Both the position numbers and the translations under genes were made by a program. Below, one piece after another: positions 22,742 through 31,070 of a DNA stretch of 64,000 bases; the first letter of the stretch is position 1, and each line of letters begins with the position of its first letter. Below the pieces are notes generated by a model. That model was given only the letters and a program-made list of their open reading frames with translations. It had not been told where the DNA came from and did no database searches. The stretch is from Spirochaetaceae bacterium. Its GTDB lineage: Bacteria; Spirochaetota; Spirochaetia; DSM-2461. The stretch lies in the NCBI GenBank assembly GCA_965224705.1, contig OZ245056.1:352001-416000 (forward strand). Reading direction: 5' to 3'.

Positions 22742-23986
22742 ATGAAATCAAAGATTATTGCTGTTCTGTCAGTTCTGCTTCTTACTGCTGCTGCACAGAA
22801 TACATTGGCAGGTGGAAGGCAGGAGGCCGAAGAAACAGGAGCACAGAAAGAAGTTACAATTGAGTTCTTTCAGGGTAAACCGGAAGCCGTTGATACTTTC
22901 AATGTACTGATTGATAAATTCGAACAGGAGTATCCCGGCATTCATGTCACACAGGTCCATGTCCCGGATGCTGCGAAGGTTCTGACAACAAGGATTTCAA
23001 TCAATGATATTCCTGATATCTTCAACTGCTATGTAACACAGCCAAGTTTTAAGCTGCTCACAGAAGAAGGATACGTATTGGATATTACCGAGGAGGGTTT
23101 TCTGAGTCGAGTTAATTCCGGGATTCTTGAGACTGCCAAATACTCCGGGAGAGCCTTTGCCTTCCCTCTCGCGCTGAATACCTTTGGAATCTACTACAAT
23201 GTTGACATCTTTAATGAATATGGATTGACAGTACCTGAATCATGGAATGAACTCATTGCTCTCTGTGAAGAACTGAAGAATTCGGGCATGACTCCCATTG
23301 TGTTTACAGACAAGGATTCCTGGACTCTTGGCCACCAGGGACGTGTCCTGGAAGGCATGTTGGTGGATGACTTTGATGCCTATTACGGCTCGCTTGCCAG
23401 CGGAGCGGTAAAACCGTCAGAAGCTCTCTATCCCATTGTCGCAGATAAAATGCTGAAAATGCGTGAATACAGTCAGAAACAGACTCTGGCCACAGACTAT
23501 GGGCAGGGAATCGCCGCATTTGCTCAGGGAGAGGCAGCAATGTTTGTTAATGGGATCTGGTCTATTCCCTCGATCAAAAAAGCAAATCCTGATCTTAACT
23601 TTGAGGTGTTTCCAATTCCCGCCGACGATCCCGCAAAACAGCGTGTTTTAACCGGTATAGACGTAGCTCTTGCGGTTTCTGCATCAAGTGAGCATCAGGA
23701 TGCTGCTTTAAAATTCCTTGATTTTCTTTCCCGGAAAGAAAATGCTCAGATTTATGCGGATCTTGATGGTTCACCGTCTGCGATAAATGGAATTGCTATA
23801 GATGCGGAAAACTATTCTCAACTCATGGAACTTATTGACACAGGAGCCGTTTATGGATGGACCAGCATCTATTATCCCCTATCGGTATACAACGAATATG
23901 GGAGTCTCTATCAAAATCTCATTGCTAGAGATAAAGAAAGTTTTCTCGATGAGATAGATATGCTCTACAAGCAGACTTTAGAATAG
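22742..23986 (+). CDS. Sugar ABC transporter substrate-binding protein (MsmE-like)
   Basis: Signal peptide ending AGGRQE; GIYYNVDIF, PESWNEL, FAQGEAAM. Confidence 0.9.
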   Translation: MKSKIIAVLSVLLLTAAAQNTLAGGRQEAEETGAQKEVTIEFFQGKPEAVDTFNVLIDKFEQEYPGIHVTQVHVPDAAKVLTTRISINDIPDIFNCYVTQPSFKLLTEEGYVLDITEEGFLSRVNSGILETAKYSGRAFAFPLALNTFGIYYNVDIFNEYGLTVPESWNELIALCEELKNSGMTPIVFTDKDSWTLGHQGRVLEGMLVDDFDAYYGSLASGAVKPSEALYPIVADKMLKMREYSQKQTLATDYGQGIAAFAQGEAAMFVNGIWSIPSIKKANPDLNFEVFPIPADDPAKQRVLTGIDVALAVSASSEHQDAALKFLDFLSRKENAQIYADLDGSPSAINGIAIDAENYSQLMELIDTGAVYGWTSIYYPLSVYNEYGSLYQNLIARDKESFLDEIDMLYKQTLE

Positions 23987-24014
23987 GGGCTTCCCAGTAG
24001 TTCTGTTTGATAAA

Positions 24015-24037
24015 CTCGGCAGTACATTTCTGCCGAG
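24015..24037 (+). promoter_or_regulatory. Intercistronic stem-loop after the binding-protein gene
   Basis: CTCGGCAG-7 nt-CTGCCGAG, in the position typical of mRNA-stabilising hairpins in ABC operons. Confidence 0.55.
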
Positions 24038-24077
24038 CTTGAAATCACTTCTATTTTTGCAGAAAGGGCCACTACCG

Positions 24078-24947
24078 ATGAGAAGAAAAACGCCCAGGAT
24101 ATATGCATTCTTTGTAATGCCTGCGGTGATCGGCTACACTGTTTTCTGGATTCTGCCGGTCTTCAACGGATTTCTATACAGCCTGACCGATTGGAACGGT
24201 ATAGGACGTTCATACCAGATAATCGGAATTGATAATTATATCGAATTATTCTCGGATTCCAGACTTGTCAGTTCTCTTGGTTTTACCATTCACTACACTC
24301 TGTGTCTTGTCCTCTTTGTCAACATAATAGCATTGTGTATTGCCATGATGCTGACCAGAAATATAAGAGGAATGAAGTTTTTCCGAGCCCTGTATTTTTT
24401 TCCGGCAGTACTTTCGATGGTAACCGTCGGACTGATTTTCAACCAGATTTTTTATCATGTAATACCCTGGATCGGCAATGCATTTCATATTACAGCCTTG
24501 CAAAATAATCTGCTTGCAGATGGAAACACCGCGGAATACGGGATTCTTCTTGTCAATATCTGGCAGGGTATTGCCATTCCCATTGTTCTCTACACTGCAG
24601 GAATTCAGAATGTCCCACTTGAGCTCTATGAGGTTTCTTTTATTGAAGGTGCTAATGCATTCCAGAGATTTAAAACCATAACCTTTCCGTTCATCATACC
24701 GGTAATCAGTATGAATCTGGTAATAACCTTGAAAAGCGGATTGATGGTTTTCGACTATATTGCAGCATTAACAGGCGGTGGACCAGGCAGGGCAACCGAG
24801 TCTATAGCCTATCTAATCTATTCGGGAGCCTTCAAAGAAATGAAATTCAGTTATGCCGTAACGGAATCGTTTGTCATCTTTTTATTGATTACCGCAATAT
24901 CCCTGATTCAAATAAAAGTTCTTGGAAAAAAGGAAGCTCATGTATGA
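24078..24947 (+). CDS. Sugar ABC transporter permease (MsmF-like)
   Basis: YSLTDWNG, ELYEVSFIEGA (EAA loop variant), LTGGGPG. Confidence 0.9.
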   Translation: MRRKTPRIYAFFVMPAVIGYTVFWILPVFNGFLYSLTDWNGIGRSYQIIGIDNYIELFSDSRLVSSLGFTIHYTLCLVLFVNIIALCIAMMLTRNIRGMKFFRALYFFPAVLSMVTVGLIFNQIFYHVIPWIGNAFHITALQNNLLADGNTAEYGILLVNIWQGIAIPIVLYTAGIQNVPLELYEVSFIEGANAFQRFKTITFPFIIPVISMNLVITLKSGLMVFDYIAALTGGGPGRATESIAYLIYSGAFKEMKFSYAVTESFVIFLLITAISLIQIKVLGKKEAHV

Positions 24948-25780
24948 TCACTTCTAACAAAATATATACAGCAAGCACATATGTCATACTGGGAATCGGA
25001 TCGCTTATTATCCTGCTGCCTATGTATGTTCTTATTGTAACCTCCATGAAAACTCAGGCAGAATCGGCAAAGAGTTTCTTTACTCTGCCCGGTTCAATAA
25101 ATCTTGAGAATTTCATCTATGTTATAAAAACAGATTATTTCTTTAGAAACTTCTACAATTCAGTCATTATAACGACAGGGACTGTCATTGGGATTCTTAT
25201 AGTCGATCCGCTTGTCGCATATGCAATCGGAAAGAACATGAACACGCACAGAGGGTATAGATTTCTCTACTTCTATTTTACCATAGGGTTATTTATTCCT
25301 TTTCAGGTCGTTATGATTCCTCTGATTAAACTGATGAGCAAATTCAACATGATGTCTATCGGCGGCATTATTGTGCTCTATATTACATTTTCCCTCATGC
25401 AGGGAGTTTTTTTGATTGTTGGTTATTATAAATCAATTCCCCAAACACTTGAAGAGGCTGCAATTATAGATGGAGCATCCATATTTCAGACATACAGTCA
25501 TATTGTTTTTCCTCTGCTAAAACCTATGGTTATCACTGTAATCATTATCAGAGGATTATTCAGCTGGAATGATTTCTTTCTGCCATTGTTGATGCTGAAT
25601 AATAGTCGGGAGAAATGGACGCTCCCCCTGTTTCAGTATAACTTCAAAGGAGAGTATCTATTTGATTACTCAATTGCTTTTGCATCCTTTCTACTGGCAC
25701 TTCTGCCTATCATGATGCTGTATTTGATCCTTCAGAAACAGTTCATCAGTGGTTTGACAAGTGGTGCGGTTAAAGAATGA
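24944..25780 (+). CDS. Sugar ABC transporter permease (MsmG-like)
   Basis: LEEAAIIDGAS, WNDFFLPL, GLTSGAVK. Confidence 0.92.
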   Translation: MITSNKIYTASTYVILGIGSLIILLPMYVLIVTSMKTQAESAKSFFTLPGSINLENFIYVIKTDYFFRNFYNSVIITTGTVIGILIVDPLVAYAIGKNMNTHRGYRFLYFYFTIGLFIPFQVVMIPLIKLMSKFNMMSIGGIIVLYITFSLMQGVFLIVGYYKSIPQTLEEAAIIDGASIFQTYSHIVFPLLKPMVITVIIIRGLFSWNDFFLPLLMLNNSREKWTLPLFQYNFKGEYLFDYSIAFASFLLALLPIMMLYLILQKQFISGLTSGAVKE

Positions 25781-25795
25781 CAAATCCTGTTAAAT

Positions 25796-26440
25796 AGGGC
25801 TTGCTGAAAAAGTCTTTCAAGCAGCCTTCTCGCTGATTTTGTATCTGTTGTTGATTTCATGGATTTTCTCATCACAGATTTTGTCAGGGTTCAGCACAAT
25901 GACTGAAAGATGTATTTCACACTCCCTTGTTTCTTTCAATTTGGCTTTTATCAATCTCATTCCATACTTTCGTTTTGCCGCCCCGAATTGCCCTCAATGG
26001 CGATCCGGGTGACTTCATCCTGATAGCGAACACTGACTTCTTTCTTGAGTTCCTGTTGATTCTCATCTGCTCATTTTTTCGGATGGCTCAGCGGTTTTCG
26101 TAGTGTCAGAAGGCTTTCCGGTAATCCAGATGTCCACACGATTCTGGCAGCCTTATCAGCATGAACGGAAGCCGGATAACAGTCATAACGGTGTCTGTAT
26201 TTTTTTATCTGAGCATTCAAATCTGCTGACTCATAGTACGCATCCCAGCCGAGGCGATTGATGTAACTGAAGTCGCCTCTCAGGCTCCGTGATACCCTGG
26301 ATTTGTGTTTCCCATGCGATACATGATTCCTCCCTGGTGCAAGGGTTTTTGAGATTGCAATTTTTTCCTTGCACCTGAGGAGATTTAAACACACTTAAGT
26401 CTTTCGGAAGCAGAATCTTAGTTTTTGTTCAGCAAGTCCT
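25796..26440 (-). mobile_element. Degenerate, internally deleted IS5-family element
   Basis: TIRs AGGGCTTGCTGAA/TTCAGCAAGTCCT. Frameshifted transposase remnants INRLGWDAYYESADL...YPASVHADK and DEVTRIAIEG...AKRKYG...KAKLKET. Confidence 0.8.
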
Positions 26441-26495
26441 ACTTAAGGTCTTAAAACGGAGTGTATCCTTTGTTATAAGGATTTGAATCAGGAAG

Positions 26496-27776
26496 CTAAC
26501 TCCACCTGGACAAATCAACTGCCTTTTCGCTTTTAGCGACCAGCAAAGTTCCTGTCAAATCTCCGCTTACATTCACCATGGTCCTTCCCATATCAAGCAG
26601 GGCATCAATACCGAGTATCATCGCATAGGCGGCTGCCACAGGTGTTCCCGCTTCAACCGGAAGGCCCACTGAATTAAGGACCATCAGGAGCATAATAGCC
26701 CCCGCTCCGGGGACACCGGCTGTTCCCACTGAGGCAAGAACGGCTGTTATAATTACCGTAAGCTGTTGACTTATAGACAGCGGCATACCAATGGCCATGC
26801 CGATAAAGATGACACAGACTCCCTGATAGATGGCTGTACCATCCATGTTTATTGTTGCACCAAGGGGAAGGGTAAAGGACGAGAGCCTTCTGTCAACACC
26901 CATGTTATCCGAAGCCTGAATTGTAACAGGTAACGTACCACTGGAACTCCGTGTCACAAAGGCGGTTATCAATGTGGTTCTGGCCTTGCCGAAGAATCGG
27001 ATGGGCGCAATTTTTCCGATTAAAAGTAAGCCTCCATAAACAAGTAGAATATGGAGAATGTACCCCAGATAGGCTGTTGCCGTTACCACACCCAGAGCAC
27101 CGATTACTTTAGATCCCTGGTTTGCAAAGACAACAGCGATAAGAGCAAATACGCCTATGGGTGCATATTCCAGTATCCACCTTACAACCAGGTACATAAC
27201 CTCTGCCGTGCCCTCAAATACCTCAAAGAGCGTTGTCCCTATTTGTTTTAACCGCTGATTCTCACTGATTTTTAAATGAGAAATTCCTATACCGAAAATT
27301 ATAGCAAAAAAGATTATAGGCAATACGGCACCCCGGGCTATAGCACCAAAGGGGTTCGTAGGAATGATATTGATCAGGGTGTCTCCCAATTTCGGTTTAG
27401 TCAGCACCTTGCCGGCGGCTTCAGCGGAACTGCCCAAATCCAAACCTGCGCCAACGTTCAATAAATTACCGAGTATCAATCCGACTGCCACCGCAAAGGC
27501 GGATGTTAACAGGTAAAATATAAGAATCTTAACACCGACTTTGCCAAGTACTGAAGGATTAATACTTGCAGCACCAACGACCAGAGATGAAAATACCACC
27601 GGCATTACAATCATTTTTAACAGATTGACAAAAATTTTACCTACAGGATTTAGCCACGATATTGAAGGGCCAACAATTAGGCCGACAATAGCACCAAGGA
27701 CTAAACCGATGAAAATTCGCAACAATAGACTTGTATTGAAATACCAGCTGAAAATCCCCTTTTTGTTCTCTGACAT
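26496..27776 (-). CDS. Dicarboxylate/amino acid:cation symporter (DAACS, GltP/GltT family)
   Basis: [51 protein letters not shown] at 27776 after AAGGAG. Confidence 0.95.
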   Translation of the reverse strand: MSENKKGIFSWYFNTSLLLRIFIGLVLGAIVGLIVGPSISWLNPVGKIFVNLLKMIVMPVVFSSLVVGAASINPSVLGKVGVKILIFYLLTSAFAVAVGLILGNLLNVGAGLDLGSSAEAAGKVLTKPKLGDTLINIIPTNPFGAIARGAVLPIIFFAIIFGIGISHLKISENQRLKQIGTTLFEVFEGTAEVMYLVVRWILEYAPIGVFALIAVVFANQGSKVIGALGVVTATAYLGYILHILLVYGGLLLIGKIAPIRFFGKARTTLITAFVTRSSSGTLPVTIQASDNMGVDRRLSSFTLPLGATINMDGTAIYQGVCVIFIGMAIGMPLSISQQLTVIITAVLASVGTAGVPGAGAIMLLMVLNSVGLPVEAGTPVAAAYAMILGIDALLDMGRTMVNVSGDLTGTLLVAKSEKAVDLSRWS

Positions 27777-28146
27777 GATATGTCTCCTTACGTACAGAAT
27801 ATGAGGTACTATACAATATCCTATTCTATGGTTGCAACTATGCTTCACCAGAATTCTGGTAAATTCTCCTGACTCCTTCAAAAACATGGACATAGTTTTT
27901 GCAATGCCCAGAGATGCATATGGTACAGATATCGGGCAGAAGATCATTTATTTCAAAAAGAGATTGGAAAGGAAAATTGTCACCCTGGAGAGTAATCAAT
28001 GAACAAATCTGTTCTGGTGAAAAAAAATGGTTCTAAGTTTCCTGCTTGCTTCTTCCGAGCCGCCTTCGTTCGTTTTTGCCGCCATCCGTGGCGGCTTTTC
28101 CTCGCTATCGCTCGGCACTCTCTTAGAATGCGAGTCCATAGACTTG

Positions 28147-28307
28147 GAGTCTGTCGGACTTACGCCTCACGGCTCGATTTTTGCCCTTTTCCCCTGCTGC
28201 TGCGTTGCCAAAATACTCACGTAGCCCAGCTACGCTCCGTTTTTGTCGCCTTGCATCAGGAAAAAATCATCAAAAATCGCCTCGAAGTCTTAAAGTCCGA
28301 CAGACTC
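28147..28307. mobile_element. Family B MITE (opposite orientation to the 2483 copy)
   Basis: Perfect TIRs with exact CTTG duplication. Confidence 0.95.
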
Positions 28308-28315
28308 CTTGCATA

Positions 28316-28439
28316 CCCGCTGCTGTGTTGCCGAATACTCACGCAGTCCAGCTACGCTCTGATTCTGCCTGCCTGTCGGCAGACAGGTCGCCTTGTATCA
28401 GGAAGAAATCACCTTGAAGTCTTAAAGTCCGACAGGCTC
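28316..28439. mobile_element. Truncated, diverged family B copy carrying a 20-nt palindromic insertion
   Basis: Matches the distal part of the MITE to AAGTCCGACAGGCTC; extra CCTGCCTGTCGGCAGACAGG at 28368-28387. Confidence 0.85.
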
Positions 28440-28649
28440 CCAGGGGCTTAAGACCCTGGGACAACCCTTCGGGATAGAATTGCAGCAGATGTCTGGCATT
28501 CGATCTTGAAATAAGTCAGGCTATCTCGTAATATATGGAACATGAGAAGTGTATGCATAGAGACTTCCACACCGTATACGAGATACGACAGGAGCTGGAA
28601 ATGACCGCCAGACGACATTGGTGGGAATAGCATATCAATAGAGGGAACT

Positions 28650-29330
28650 GTGAACGAACGATACTATATTGATCTGCAGAAATACGATCTACAAAAATTT
28701 AAACAGAGCCTTAAACGAAGAGATTTGATTCCAAGCCGAGTTATTCTTAAGGAAAATCTTGATAAGAGGTTTGAAGTAATGAGTAAACAAGGTATTAAAA
28801 CGCTTAAAGATTTGATTGACGTTCTGAAAAACAAACAAAAGATTGAAATCTTCTCCAAGAAATCAGAATTGCCTGTTGATTATCTAACAATTCTCAAACG
28901 CGAAGCAAGTAGTTACCTCCCGAATCCGGTGAAATTGGATAAGTTTACATGGATTGATAAAAATGCAATCGACATCCTTGATTCGATCGGGATTAAAAAT
29001 ACCAGGAATTTTTTCGAAAAAATAAATAATTCAAGTGTGGAAAAGGTTTCACTGGAAACTGGAATTTCATCAGACAAATTGCAGGAAATCTATTCTTTAT
29101 CAGACCTCGCAAGACTGTATGGTGTGGGACCTGTTTTCGCAAAGATCATTTATGATGTCGGAATAGTATCAGCGGAAAAATTTGTGACTATTTCCGGTAA
29201 GGAGTTTATTGAGATTTATGAGAAAAAATTGAACAAAAAGGCCGATTTCAGTGTTAGTGACATAGATTTTAGTATTGAACTGGCAAGAGAATTAAGACTT
29301 CCTGCCCCCCATGCCGCCATGAATCCATAA
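28650..29330 (+). CDS. DUF4332-like helix-hairpin-helix protein
   Basis: SDLARLYGVGPVFAKIIYDVGI and LDSIGIKNT repeats; AT-rich codon usage; GTG start after GAGGG. Confidence 0.7.
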   Translation: MNERYYIDLQKYDLQKFKQSLKRRDLIPSRVILKENLDKRFEVMSKQGIKTLKDLIDVLKNKQKIEIFSKKSELPVDYLTILKREASSYLPNPVKLDKFTWIDKNAIDILDSIGIKNTRNFFEKINNSSVEKVSLETGISSDKLQEIYSLSDLARLYGVGPVFAKIIYDVGIVSAEKFVTISGKEFIEIYEKKLNKKADFSVSDIDFSIELARELRLPAPHAAMNP

Positions 29331-29429
29331 GCCCGACTAGAAATCACCCTTACTAAAACTTCCCATCCCCCCACTTGCGTTCATCGGCAGAAATCTCTGG
29401 AGTGAACAAAACCGCGGTATGCCTGAAGG

Positions 29430-29645
29430 CCGCTCGCTGCAATCCTATTACAGGACAACGGATGTTTTTGTATGCATGCGAAGAGAAGCTGGAGAAACAT
29501 CTGGAGAGCCGAGAAAATGAACTGTTTGTGTTGAACGACAGTATCGTTTTTACGATCTCATCAATACCGATTTTAGGGAAAAATGTTCGAGAAATCCCGG
29601 TACTGCTATGGCCGCTCAAAGGAAAAACGCCATGACTGTAAAGCG
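29430..29645 (+). pseudogene. Fragment of an IS1634-family transposase
   Basis: Across frameshifts: LEKHLESRENELFVLNDSIV / YDLINT / YGRSKEKRHDC, matching the IS1634 YDLTxTYFEG...GxSKxKRxD region. Confidence 0.7.
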
Positions 29646-29722
29646 GCCAAGGCGAGTGAAAAAGTATCCTTATCATTCAGTGGTGGTTTATCATGCATGC
29701 TATTGAATGTGAACTGAACTGA

Positions 29723-29945
29723 GTGTCGGAAAGCTTGTTGTAACCTGGCTTCATTAGAATCCCGCCAGACGTAGATCCTTGGAGTCTGGTGTAGTCGTTT
29801 GATGCTAATTGATGGTTGTAATTCGGCGAAGCACTCGTTAAAACGACGAGAAGCCTTGTCGGCAAATAACATCGTAATTACTTATTATATAAGATATTAA
29901 TTCTCTAGCGAAAGCAATCGATTTGTTTAACAAGCTTCCTGACAC
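29723..29945. mobile_element. Family A MITE, ~220-bp subtype
   Basis: GTGTCGGAAAGCTTGTT...AACAAGCTTCCTGACAC; interior alignable to the 38822, 44520 and 56218 copies. Confidence 0.9.
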
Positions 29946-29989
29946 TACATAAGATGAAACGGGGACAGCCGTAGTTTGTCGAATCTGGG

Positions 29990-30868
29990 TTAAGAAAAAT
30001 GCTGAATGATGCTTCTGGATTGCATCCAGTAACCTGATCCGAAAAGATTAACATGATTGAGTAAGTGATAGAGGTTATAGATATCTCGTCTTTCAGTAAA
30101 TCCCGGCTGTAGCGGCCATGCTTCCGTGTATGCATCATAGAAACCTGCCGGAAAACCGCCAAAGAGTTGGGTCATGGCAATATCTGCTTCTCTATGGCCG
30201 TAATAAACGGCGGGATCGATTAACCAGGCTCTGCCTTCATTGTCTGCCAGCCAGTTGCCGCCCCAGAGATCACCATGCAGAAGGCTTGGTTTTCCGTCAT
30301 CCACATCCGGCAATAAATCCGGGAGACGTTTGAGCAGGGAATGCATATCTTTCTCTGTCCGGGCATCACCAAAGCCATTTTTTCTCAGAAGTTGCCACTG
30401 ACAACCTAAGCGTTCGTCTCGAAAGAAATTCAGCCAGGCGGACTGACCTTTGTTTTTCTGGGGAGTCGAGCCAATCCAATTATCCGATTCAAAGCCGCAT
30501 TTCTCCTGGCGGGCTTCCCGATGGAGAACGGCCATCGCCCTGCCGAAATCTTTCCCGCATTTGATTTTTCCAGTTGGAATTGCTTGAAGGAGGAGGAAGG
30601 CCTTATCTCCATCCTGACCCCAGGCAAGGACTCTGGGGACTGGCGGCGAAGAATGTCTTGCGGCAATTTCCCCGAGTGTCTGAAGACCTGAAGCTTCGGC
30701 GGTAAACATCCGCTCAAGATCGGCATGATTTTCCTTGATGAAGACTATCTGGCCCCCGGCAAGGGTCAACAAAGCAGTGGTATTGATACCACCGCCACTG
30801 ACAGGCTGACGTTTAATAATAGTTCCTTCACTCCCGTAAAGGCGTTCAAGGGTGTGTTCCAGTACCAT
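29990..30868 (-). CDS. Fructosamine/ketosamine-3-kinase family protein
   Basis: VSGGGIN, MFTAEASGL, LLHGDLWGGN, IDPAVYYGHREAD, YNLYHLLNH. Confidence 0.93.
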   Translation of the reverse strand: MVLEHTLERLYGSEGTIIKRQPVSGGGINTTALLTLAGGQIVFIKENHADLERMFTAEASGLQTLGEIAARHSSPPVPRVLAWGQDGDKAFLLLQAIPTGKIKCGKDFGRAMAVLHREARQEKCGFESDNWIGSTPQKNKGQSAWLNFFRDERLGCQWQLLRKNGFGDARTEKDMHSLLKRLPDLLPDVDDGKPSLLHGDLWGGNWLADNEGRAWLIDPAVYYGHREADIAMTQLFGGFPAGFYDAYTEAWPLQPGFTERRDIYNLYHLLNHVNLFGSGYWMQSRSIIQHFS

Positions 30869-30870
30869 GT

Positions 30871-30954
30871 TGCAGCAGAGAGGACTTGAACCTCCACGGC
30901 ATTGCTGCCACTAGCCCCTCAAGCTAGCGTGTCTACCAATTCCACCACTGCTGC
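30871..30954 (-). tRNA. tRNA-Leu (anticodon GAG)
   Basis: Minus strand GCAGCAG...GGAATTGGTAGACAC-GCTAGC-TTGAGGG-GCTAG, long variable arm, GGAGG-TTCAAGT-CCTCT, CTGCTGC-A. Confidence 0.95.
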
Positions 30955-31070
30955 GTAAAATTACAAGGAGTATTCTATGTATGGTGGGTTTCCTGGTCAA
31001 CAGGTAACTCCTGGAAGTTTTTCAGAAGTCTGTTTTTTTCGAGAATCATAATTCTGAGGTGTCTCGGGTG

